Below, piece by piece: positions 11,197 through 20,821 of a stretch of 64,000 nucleotides of DNA (within the stretch, counting starts at the first letter, position 1; the number at the start of each line of letters is the position of its first letter). Origin of the DNA: Trypanosoma brucei (Eukaryota); the NCBI GenBank assembly GCA_000002445.1, contig CM000207.1:2336001-2400000 (forward strand), written 5' to 3'. The notes beneath the pieces are model-generated. The model had not been told where the DNA came from. It ran no database searches and worked only from the letters and a program-made list of their open reading frames with translations. Made by a program: the position numbers and the translations under genes.

Positions 11197-12278
11197 AGTG
11201 TAGCGGGCGCATGGCTGAAGAAATGGGCACGAAAACGCACAAGTGAGCGAGTGATCGGATGGTTGATGTTGGCGGGGACCCGAAATCGGAGAAAACTTTC
11301 GCTTCCCTTTTCCTCCACTTCCACACAAGCAATTGCCTCCATTACACATAAAATCGCACTCGCCTAATACGTATATATATATATATATATATATTTATTT
11401 ATATATTTATTTATTTATGTGTTGGTGTCTGCTTGTGTTTGTGTTTGTGTGTGTGTGTGTTCTTGTTGGAGGAGGGGAGGAAAAAGTGACACTGATTCCG
11501 TCCTCCCTTAATCGCTGTCGTGGACTTGCCGTTTCATCTTCTTTTTATCTGGCATCACTTTGTTTCTTTTTATTTTATTTTTGATTTCACGCTTACCACT
11601 GGCTTTGTCCTGTCGCTGTTTTCTTTTATTATTATCATTATTTCTCGCTCCGCGGCTCCCCCCTTTTTTCCCGATTTCACTCCGCCCCACCTTCCCGCTT
11701 ACCTCCTCTCTGTCTTCATGAATGCATGCATTTATTTATTTCATTGATGGCATCACGCGCTCTTGTTTTTCTTTTTTCTTTTTGAAAAAATATTTCTTTG
11801 GTATTTGTGGTGCCATGCAAATGATATCAAATGAAAGCCTCTGCATATTCCCCTCTCCCCTAAAGGATCAGAAGGGAATTGGTGGTAATGGTGGTGATGG
11901 AGTGAAACGGGTTTGTAAAAAAAAAGAAAAAAAGAAAAAAAGAAAAAAAAAGAGGGGGTGCCGCGTGTTGCGCTTGTGTGAAGCCTTTACTAGCTCCTTT
12001 TGAATACGCAATTCTCTTTTTTCTTTTCTTTTTTTCTTTTCTTCTGTTTTGTGTTCTCTTCTTCATTTCCTTAAAATGGTCACTATGTGTCGTCCACAAG
12101 TTTCTGAAAAGAAACCTTTGGCTTACGAGTTTGAGGGACGACAGGAGGAAACTGTGGGGAGGAGGGACCTTCAACAGTTAAAAGTAGAGGAGAAAAAAGA
12201 AGAGAAAAAAAATAACAAGGAACCCAATTAAGTGGATAAAATTACCTACATATATACATACATACATACAAGTAAAAA

Positions 12279-12312
<34 letters not shown>

Positions 12313-12737
12313 ACCTTCCATATACGAGTACATATAGCAAACACTATATAAAAAGGTGGAAAGGTCCACATAGATAAAGAGAGAGAGAGAGTGGAGAGAA
12401 AAGGAAAGGAAAGGAAAACACACAAACCAAAACAGAAAAAAAAACGAGAAGAAAACGAGGGAGGAATTTAGGGTGTTGTGTACCACCGTGCTACAAAAAA
12501 AAAAAAAGAAAGAAAGAAAGAGAAAAAAAAAGAGAGGGCCATCTCGTTTTTTTTATATCCAGTTCTTTCGGAACACCCTTTTTTCCATTCCACTTAGTTT
12601 TCCCTCGACCATCATTTCAGTTTGTGGTTTGGGTTAGCTTTTCCGTGGTTTGGTCTGTGGAGGAAAATTGCACTGCTTTTTTTTTTTTGGGGGGGCCCTC
12701 CATTAGAGGGATAAGATAGCAGAGCACAGAGGAGACC

Positions 12738-14372
12738 ATGCCAGCAAAAAAGGCGACTGATGCGCCAGTGTATAATTTACCACATGAGCGGCAGGTGGAA
12801 CTCCTCTCTGAGGCGTTATTGAGGGAATATATGCATAAGCGTAAGTTCACTGATACTCTCCGTACATTTGACGAGGAAAACCCCCGTGGCCCCGACACCA
12901 TCTCTTCGCGTGCCCTCATGTCAGATCTCATGACACTAAAGTCTGAGACTCAAAAAGATATGAAGGCAGATGGAATTGAAACTATAATGGAAATGCTTTG
13001 CTGCCTCCGCGTGCAGCGACGGCTAGAGGTGGAGGATCTTAAACGACGGGCTGCAGCAGAGGTCCCACCAACCCCTGAAAAACTTAAGAAAAAGAAAAGC
13101 AAGAACCACGATGGGGGGAAAGGCAGTAAACGAAAAAAGGAAAAAAAGAGGGTGTTTGCAAAAGAGTTCGAGGAGGACTCACCATCAGACAAGGATTCGG
13201 TGAGCAAATATGGCGAAAAACACACAAAAAGGAGGTCGTCCGAAGGGCGTAGTGATAATAGCAGCAGTGATGAGGGAAGCAGTGGCGATGAGTCGACTAG
13301 TGAACAAAGCTCCACCAGTGTGGGGAAGGGTGGTGGGCCCAAGTCACAAATTGGCAAGAAGACGGCTCGTGCATTATTAGAAGTGCTGTGTGGTGCAGCC
13401 GGTGCTCTGCCGGTGTCGTTTCTGGGACAGGGGTTCGCTTTTGACGGCGACGTGGACTACGGCCTCATCCAACGGAAAAAAGGACCAGATGGGGTTGTGT
13501 CTGTTGTTCAAGCGTTTGTCTGCGCTTTCTTCTTCAAGGGACCGTTCATGGATGTGCGGCGGCATCAAAAACAGTGTCTTATTCGCTCTATCATGACTGT
13601 TCTCTCCAGTGTGCAATCACAGGCACGTCTCATTTGCCTTGTGGATGGCCCCATTAGTGCGGATAGTGTGGAAACTGACTTGGCAAGTATAAACACACGG
13701 CGGGACTTTGCCACGATGCAAGATGTGGAGAACGCCCTCCATGACTTCATAGACAGTTGGATGCAGCCGAACGGTTCAGGAGTGTTTTGCTTCCTTCTTT
13801 CTGCGCTGCTCTCTCACGGAGTGAAGGCCGTAACATCTGCTCTCGCCTCCAATACCACGTCATCAGCGGTCGCAGCTGAGCAACATTTGATTACTGCAGA
13901 CGGTCGCTGTTCTGTAGTGTTAACAGAGCTCCTTATGCCAAAGGAGTCTGCCAGCACCGCGGGGGATGATGACTTTGTGCTGGGCAATCTCGCTCTCGGA
14001 ATGGGAGCCGCTGGTGCCACTTGCGGGTTCGTCACAAGAAACCCCGATGGGAATGTCACAATGACTAATGGTAACCCACGCTGTCCCGTCTGGATTGTTC
14101 ATCACGAGGGGCGTTATGTCGTACTCTTCTTGAAGCGGGATAACCGCCGCCAGCTGGAGCAGCGTCGCACCACTGGTGCAACTATGTCCACAGACGTGTT
14201 CTTCTACGAGCCGAGCGTGTCAGACCGGGGTGACACATTCGTCACTATTACCGTCAACAGCGAAGATGAAAATAGTAGTAGTGATAACTTCTTCTTGGGC
14301 CGAGCCATCCGTAGCATACCATTGTGGCCCAGTTGCGCAATACACTGGAATGGAGCGGAACCGCCTTTTTGA
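12738..14372 (+). CDS. LisH-motif protein with C-terminal MINDY-3/4-like (FAM188/DUF4205) deubiquitinase-fold domain; catalytic Cys apparently replaced by Asp
   Basis: N-terminus ELLSEALLREYMHKRKFTDTLRTFDEE resembles a LisH motif. A K/S/E-rich acidic-basic linker follows. The C-terminal half carries blocks I recall from MINDY-3 (FAM188A): QGFAFDG...GLIQRKKGPDGVVSVVQAFVCAFFF (human: QGFVFSE...EQFEGGPCAVIAPVQAFLL), DSWMQPNGSGVFCFLLSALLSHG, and PVWIVHHEGRYVVLFLKRD (human: PIWIVGSETHLTVFFAKD). Confidence 0.6.
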   Translation: MPAKKATDAPVYNLPHERQVELLSEALLREYMHKRKFTDTLRTFDEENPRGPDTISSRALMSDLMTLKSETQKDMKADGIETIMEMLCCLRVQRRLEVEDLKRRAAAEVPPTPEKLKKKKSKNHDGGKGSKRKKEKKRVFAKEFEEDSPSDKDSVSKYGEKHTKRRSSEGRSDNSSSDEGSSGDESTSEQSSTSVGKGGGPKSQIGKKTARALLEVLCGAAGALPVSFLGQGFAFDGDVDYGLIQRKKGPDGVVSVVQAFVCAFFFKGPFMDVRRHQKQCLIRSIMTVLSSVQSQARLICLVDGPISADSVETDLASINTRRDFATMQDVENALHDFIDSWMQPNGSGVFCFLLSALLSHGVKAVTSALASNTTSSAVAAEQHLITADGRCSVVLTELLMPKESASTAGDDDFVLGNLALGMGAAGATCGFVTRNPDGNVTMTNGNPRCPVWIVHHEGRYVVLFLKRDNRRQLEQRRTTGATMSTDVFFYEPSVSDRGDTFVTITVNSEDENSSSDNFFLGRAIRSIPLWPSCAIHWNGAEPPF

Positions 14373-15270
14373 GAAGGAGGAGGGATGGGATGTTGCGTGT
14401 CTGAAACAGAATGATCGAGTTTTGTTTGGTGATGGGGGAAACCGTTGATGAGACGAAGAAGAGAACGCCGAAAAGGAAAGGAAAGGAAAGCTATGGATGG
14501 GTGAGTGTGGTGCCACCACAACACCATTCTCTATGCATCCTTTTCTTCCGTGTCGGTTGTTTCTTACAGTTTCGACCGTTTTGTCCCTAGTTCACGATTT
14601 TTGTTGCACTCTCTTCTTGTGCTACTATTATGATGATGATGATTATTATTATTATCATTATCATTGTCATTGTTATTATTATTGATTGCATTGAAGATGC
14701 CCCTTGCCACCGAGGGCGCGTATGCCTATCATATCAACATCAACATCACTTACTCCTCCATTGGCACCACTCACAATGCAATAGCGTACCAACAGTCGTT
14801 CGTTATTTGGCGCACTCATGCGAAAACTGTGCCACCGCTTGATGGGCGTGTTTTTGTCCCTCTTACCAACTTACCACAAATCGTCCCCTGCTCCGCGGCG
14901 GTACGACAAACAGTGCAAAATATTTCATCGCTGTAACACAAGACGTGTGTAAACATATATAAGTGCTTTTTTTTGTCTCTTGTGTGCGCTATTTCATTAT
15001 CGGCACTATCATTAACAGTCGGTACGAACAGTAAAGAAAAGATCTAAGAAAGTTAGAGAAACAACAAAAGCATAACGAGGATCAACACGTTCCAGGGAAC
15101 CGCAAAGAAATAAATAAATAAATAAAGGAAGGAAGGAAGGAAGGAAGAGGGGAAAAGAAAAAAGACGGTGAATAAAGTGACGACCGTAGCAAAAAGCGAC
15201 GGTGCCTACGGGGGGTAGGAAATAGAGAAGGAACAATTTGAACCGAAAAGAAGGGCGGGAGCGCAGCTAA

Positions 15271-18200
15271 ATGACGGGCTCAGGTGGCCGAGAGCCCATC
15301 GATGTGGCAACCGGTACTGCTCCAGCTGTGGATAAAGGTGAAACCATTCCCACAAAGTATGAGCCCCACAACAAATGGTGGAGCTGCGACATTCCCACAA
15401 CACTTTCCCTCGTGCAGCTGGAGGACCCATCAGTTGGTGTCCCCAGTAGTGATGTGAGTAGGCGGGCTGCAGAGCTGGGGCATAATCACATCCCTCTTAA
15501 GGGTGGCCCAAGTGCTCTCTGGATCCTGGCCCAACAGTTCCTAAACAGTATTACCCTTATTCTGACCATTGTGATGGTCATCAGTGCGGTATTCGAAGAT
15601 TGGGCAGAGTTCGGTGTGGTGTTGTTCCTTATCTTGTTTAACGCTCTTCTGGGATTTTACCAGGAGTATAGCGCAGAGAAGTCTCTGGAGAGCCTTAAGG
15701 CAATGACGGCGGGTAGTGCAAAGGTGCTTCGTGACGGCACGGTGCAGGTTATATTCATTGACGAAGTTGTGGTGGGGGATGTTATCATCATCGAGCAGGG
15801 TTCTTCGGTTCCTGCAGACTGCCGCATCATTGAAAGCAGTGGTTTGGAGGTTGATGAAGCGCTTCTCACAGGTGAAGCGCTGCCGGTAGTGAAACACACC
15901 AACGAAATACCTGACCCCGGAAACAGCTGTGCGTTGGGTGACCGCAAAAATATGGTTTATCGCAACACAACTGTCACACAGGGGCGCGCCAGGGCTGTAG
16001 TGTGTGCTGCTGGTGTGGACACGGAAATGGGAAAGCTAGCCGCTCGACTCGCTGACGGAACCGGATCTGGTCGTACGGAGTTGATGCGGAAGTTGGATCT
16101 TATGATGTACATTCTCTTCGCTGTTTGTTTGGGATTGGCGCTGGTTGTGTTTGCCGCGAACAGGTTTAAGTTCAAGCGCTCAACGCTGTCGTATGCGACA
16201 GCGGTGGCGGTGGCCATCCTTCCCGAGTCGCTTGTGGCTGTCGTAACAGTCTCCATGACGTTTTCAGTCCGTAACATGGCGAGACAGAGGTGTATTGTTC
16301 GTAAGTTAGCAGTGATGGAAGTGCTCGGCAACGTCACTGACATTTGCTCCGACAAGACGGGAACTCTGACGGAAAACAAGATGGTGGTGAAGAAGGCCCT
16401 CATTGGAATTGATAACGAGCTCGTTGTCACGGGTGCCCCGCATGAGCGTTATGGCACCTTCATCCGTGAGGAAGGGGAGGAGCATGTGAACATGCTGGAG
16501 GTGTATGAAACTAACAAGCTGGCAGTTGAGTTCATGCGCTGTGCGGCACTATGCAGTACCACTGTGCTTCACCCCGACAGCGAAGATGCCGATTTGTTGA
16601 AGGGAAGCGGCAACCCGACGGAAGTTGCCATTCAGGTCATGACGTGGAAGGCTGATGCCCCGCGTAACAAATTGGAGAATCAAGGATGGGAATGTATCGC
16701 AGAATACCCCTTTGACTCTAAGATTAAGCGTATGTCCACCGCATGGTACAACAGTGAAACAAAGTCGTTGTACCTCTGTACAAAGGGTGCACCGGAGCGT
16801 GTGATCGACCTCTGCACAACAAAGATGTTGGAATCAGGGAAGCTCGCCCCCATCACCGATGATGACCGGCAGGAGTTAACCAAGAAGATTACGTCGCTTG
16901 CCTCACATGGCCTTCGTACCATCTGTTTCTCCATGAATGCCTCTACCGTTAATGAATTTCCTATCCCTGACGACGATACCTTCCAAGTTACCCACCCGCG
17001 TGAGACCATTGAACAGAGCCTCACGTTTCTCGGTATTGTTGGCATTTACGACCCACCTCGGCCGGAGTCACGACCGTCGGTTATTGCCTGCCAGCACGCT
17101 GGTATTGTGGTGCGCATGCTGACTGGTGATCATGCCATCACCGCCCGCAGTATCGCCACCATCTTGAATATCATTACCGCGAAAGATGGGGAAGACCCGC
17201 TAAAGGTTCTGACAGGTCCCGAGTTTGACCGTATTGACATGGCAACGATTGAAGAGTGGCCGGACCTGCCGTTAGTCGTTGGCAGGTGCTCCCCCGAGTC
17301 TAAGGTAAAGATGATTGAATGCCTACACAAACGGGGGCGTACGGTGGCCATGACAGGTGACGGTTTTAATGACTCACCGAGTATCAAATTTGCCGATGTG
17401 GGTTGCGCCATGGGATCCGGTACGGATGTGACAAAGGGCGTGGCAGATCTTATTATCACAGACGATAACTTCGCCACGATTGTGAAGGCAGTGGCGGAGG
17501 GTCGACGTATCTCGCAGAATATCCGGAAGTTTGTGCTTCACCTCCTCTCAGGTAACGTTTCGGAGGTTATTGCCCTCATCTGTGGTTTGCCTATCCGTTA
17601 CATGGGGGAAGCTCTTTTTGTTCTCTCTCCTGTGGAAATTCTATGGCTGAATTTGTGCACCTCTGCACCCCCCGCAACGGGTCTCTCGTTAGACCCCGCA
17701 AGTGCTGATGTTCTTCTTGTACCACCGCACACGGCTGGGTTATTCACATTTGAATTGGTCACGGACTTCCTTGTCTATGGATTCTGGTTGGGTGGTCTGG
17801 CGCTCTCCGCTTTTGTGTGGATCATTTACGGTATCAACGACGGCCCCAAAGGTGAAAACTGCAACGAACGTACCGCAGTGGGATGTGAGATGGTCTGGCA
17901 GGCACGTGGTACCGCTTTTGGCATTTTGTACTTTGGTCTTTTGGTCCACTCCTACACGGTGCGTCATCCGCGCCAGTCTGTCATCTTCATGAAGTGGTTT
18001 GATAACCCATGGATTTATGGTTCTGTTATTGTATGTTCGCTGCTCTTCTTCCCTATTGTGTATGTTCCCGCCATTGCACGCAACATATTCCAGCATCACA
18101 GCCTCACGTGGCACTGGGGAATGATGGTTCCCGCTGTCATCATTTTTGTTGGGTTGTGCGAACTTCACAAAATCTTTAAGAACTGCCTCTTCCCCGTGAA

Positions 18201-18396
18201 GCGGCCGGTGATTGACCGCTCAGATGAGGAGGAGTACCGCCGTTTTGCCGTCCCAGGACCCGATGATGACCGTGACGTGGAGAGTATTGCAGAAGATCAA
18301 CTGCGGCAGTCATTTGTATCGGCTGCAGGAAGTATTGCAAGTGGTGGCCGCCGACGTAAGGGCAGGCGGTTTGGGGGGAAAGGAGGAAAGATGTAA
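15271..18396 (+). CDS. Cation-transporting P-type ATPase (type II; Ca2+ or ENA-like Na+/K+ efflux pump)
   Basis: Phosphorylation motif ICSDKTGTLTENKMVV. Nucleotide-binding/hinge motifs MLTGDHAITA and MTGDGFNDSPSIKFADVGCAMG. About 10 predicted TM helices. The TM4 motif is LPESLVAV rather than the PEGL of SERCA/PMCA. Length is 1041 aa and there is no calmodulin-binding tail. Confidence 0.85.
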   Translation: MTGSGGREPIDVATGTAPAVDKGETIPTKYEPHNKWWSCDIPTTLSLVQLEDPSVGVPSSDVSRRAAELGHNHIPLKGGPSALWILAQQFLNSITLILTIVMVISAVFEDWAEFGVVLFLILFNALLGFYQEYSAEKSLESLKAMTAGSAKVLRDGTVQVIFIDEVVVGDVIIIEQGSSVPADCRIIESSGLEVDEALLTGEALPVVKHTNEIPDPGNSCALGDRKNMVYRNTTVTQGRARAVVCAAGVDTEMGKLAARLADGTGSGRTELMRKLDLMMYILFAVCLGLALVVFAANRFKFKRSTLSYATAVAVAILPESLVAVVTVSMTFSVRNMARQRCIVRKLAVMEVLGNVTDICSDKTGTLTENKMVVKKALIGIDNELVVTGAPHERYGTFIREEGEEHVNMLEVYETNKLAVEFMRCAALCSTTVLHPDSEDADLLKGSGNPTEVAIQVMTWKADAPRNKLENQGWECIAEYPFDSKIKRMSTAWYNSETKSLYLCTKGAPERVIDLCTTKMLESGKLAPITDDDRQELTKKITSLASHGLRTICFSMNASTVNEFPIPDDDTFQVTHPRETIEQSLTFLGIVGIYDPPRPESRPSVIACQHAGIVVRMLTGDHAITARSIATILNIITAKDGEDPLKVLTGPEFDRIDMATIEEWPDLPLVVGRCSPESKVKMIECLHKRGRTVAMTGDGFNDSPSIKFADVGCAMGSGTDVTKGVADLIITDDNFATIVKAVAEGRRISQNIRKFVLHLLSGNVSEVIALICGLPIRYMGEALFVLSPVEILWLNLCTSAPPATGLSLDPASADVLLVPPHTAGLFTFELVTDFLVYGFWLGGLALSAFVWIIYGINDGPKGENCNERTAVGCEMVWQARGTAFGILYFGLLVHSYTVRHPRQSVIFMKWFDNPWIYGSVIVCSLLFFPIVYVPAIARNIFQHHSLTWHWGMMVPAVIIFVGLCELHKIFKNCLFPVKRPVIDRSDEEEYRRFAVPGPDDDRDVESIAEDQLRQSFVSAAGSIASGGRRRKGRRFGGKGGKM

Positions 18397-18874
18397 CATA
18401 AAACACATGTAGTGTAAATATAATATATATATATATATATATATGTTATAATGATACATATATTATAATGACACATAAAATAAAAGGTAATGAATGGAGG
18501 CTGATGATGATGATTTATTGTTATTATTATCATCGTTATTGTTACTGTTATTGTTATGGGGAAATAATGTGATGGATAGAGGAAAGGGAGAGAGAGGGTA
18601 GGAGGGGGGAGGGAAGAAAAGAAAGCTATATATATATATATATATATGGGGATATGAGGAAGGGGGCGTGGTGGAAGCCGTTTATTTTCTGTTTTTACTA
18701 TCATCATTATTATTATTATTGTTGTTGTTGTTGTTTTTATTAGTTTCGCCCTCTTTCACTCGTCCCTATCTCCTCATTAGTATTTGTAGCGGCTCAAAGT
18801 CGTTTTTTTTTTTTGGTGCTGCCGAAAGGCCGACTTTTCGTGTCGTTTTTCGTTTTTTTTTGTTTTTAGTGTCG

Positions 18875-18896
18875 TCATCATCATCATCATCATCGG
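18875..18896. repeat. (CAT)7 trinucleotide repeat in intergenic DNA. Neighbouring (TTG)n is at 18719–18745 and (CATTT)n at 18995–19025.
   Basis: gtcgtcatcatcatcatcatcatcgg, plus ttattgttgttgttgttgtt and catttcatttcatttcatttcattcc. Confidence 0.85.
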
Positions 18897-19688
18897 ATGT
18901 GTCGCTGCTGTTGTTGTTGTTATTTTTGGCATGTATATATTTTTCGTGTTTTTGTTTGTTTATTTCTGCGCTTGTGCGCTTGTTTGGGATCATCTTTCCC
19001 ATTTCATTTCATTTCATTTCATTCCATATTCTCATGATGAGAAAAATCTAAAAAGAAACTAAGAGGGGTGAAGGGATAAAAAAGAAAAAAAGAAAAGGAA
19101 GAACAAAACACACAAACACACACACACACAAAGTAAAGTAATGCAATGCAATGCATTCGTCTCTTGACGATGTTTCTTTTGTAACTTAACATGGTGGTAT
19201 CACTCCTCTTCCCCTTCCTTCGGTTCTTTTTTTTTCTTTTTCTTTTTCTTTTTCTCTTTATTTATTTATTTCCTTCGTTTTATTTCGGTGTTGTCGTTGT
19301 TTGGGTTGTTTGGGTTGTTGTTATTTTTCTTTTAGTTTATTTGACGTTGCAACTCCTTCCTTGTTGTCGTCGTTGTTTAATATTTTACTTCTCATTATTT
19401 TTACTCTTCATTGTGTGGAGGAATAGTGAATCGAGTAAAAGCAAGTTTGAGAAAATGAACGGAGACGCAAAAATAAACTTATTATTTTAACGTATGAAGG
19501 AAGCAAAATAGATAAATAAAAATTCATAATAGAATGAAAAGGAAATAAAGATACAAGAGAAAATAGTAAAAGAAAAAGCTGAAATTAATAAATTCTGTCG
19601 ATATTGTAATTATTCAACAAGGGGAAATAAATGAAAGATGCAAAAGGCATGTGCGTGTTTCCACTTTTTTTCTTTCTTTTTTTTTAAA

Positions 19689-19691
<3 letters not shown>

Positions 19692-19726
<35 letters not shown>
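19692..19726. repeat. (TA)17 microsatellite
   Basis: Direct reading: aaaaaaatatatatatatatatatatatatatatatatatattacag. Confidence 0.9.
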
Positions 19727-19727
<1 letters not shown>

Positions 19728-20821
19728 CAGCTTACGTGTTTATATGTATTTGTAGGATAAAGTTGTTTTAAGTTGTGTGTAATGAAATCACTCAAAATGA
19801 CGATTCAACCGAAGATGCACGAAAAAAAAAAAGAAAGAAAAAGGAAGAAAAGAAAAAAAAAGAACATAAGAATTAGTCTTCGTTGTGTAATCTTAACTGG
19901 CGCCTTCAAAATAAAAAGTACAAGAGCAGAAAAGAGAAAAAGGGGAAAAAACAAGTAGAGTAAACGCAAAAAAAAAAAAAGGCATTAGAAACACGGGGTG
20001 AAGGGTTTCGGTGAAGTGATTTAACGAGTGGACGAACGAAAACAAAAAAAAACAAAAAGAAATGAAAAGAAAAAAGAAAAAACAAAACAAAACAAAACAA
20101 AAAAAAGGGGGAAAAATACGTCTCTTCCCTTTTTCTCTTCCCCTCCCCACCACCACCGGAGACACGGACACGCACACTTTCTACTCCCTCAAAACTCTTT
20201 TTCAAGAAAAAACCTAAATTATATATATATATATATATATGAATGAAGGATAAGATGAGATAAGACAAGATAACATGGGAAGACAAAAAAAAATGTTTCT
20301 GCAACGTGTCTACTCTTTACTTCCCGAGGTGTTTTTGTTTAGTGTCTGCCTGCAACGTCATGTAATTATTTCCTTTGTTAGCACAAATACACAAACACAA
20401 ATACAAACACACATTTCTGATTGTTTGTACTGTGGTTTGTCTTTTATTATTATTACTAATAATAATAATATTAATATAATTATCACTTTGCTTCGTTTCG
20501 TTTGGTGTTCGTTTATTTTTTTTTCACTTATTTATAACGTGGAACGTCCAATAGCGTGACAATACACAAAGGAAGGGAAGAGAAGAGAAGAAGAGGAGAA
20601 GAGGAGAAGAGAAGTTTCAGCGAGTGTATCGAAAGGCATTGGCAAATAAATACACATATTTGGAGGCATTGCAGTGCAAAAAAAAAATAATAAATAAAGA
20701 AAGGGAAGAGAAGAGAGAGAAAGAGAAAGAGAAAGAGAAAGAAAGAAAGAAAAAACAACAACAACAACTGGTATTTGTTTAGCGTGACGGAACACAAAGA
20801 AGGAATTAGAGCCACGCGCAA

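Noticed and set aside
18668-20304. ORFs translated from low-complexity intergenic DNA (for example 18668..19051 poly-Leu/Ser/Phe, 19906..20304, 28916..29458, 29202..29492 poly-Tyr)
   Set aside because: Homopolymeric or microsatellite-driven translations (poly-L, poly-Y, poly-F, poly-K) with no start context. The region is a (TA)n/(TTG)n/(CAT)n-rich spacer.
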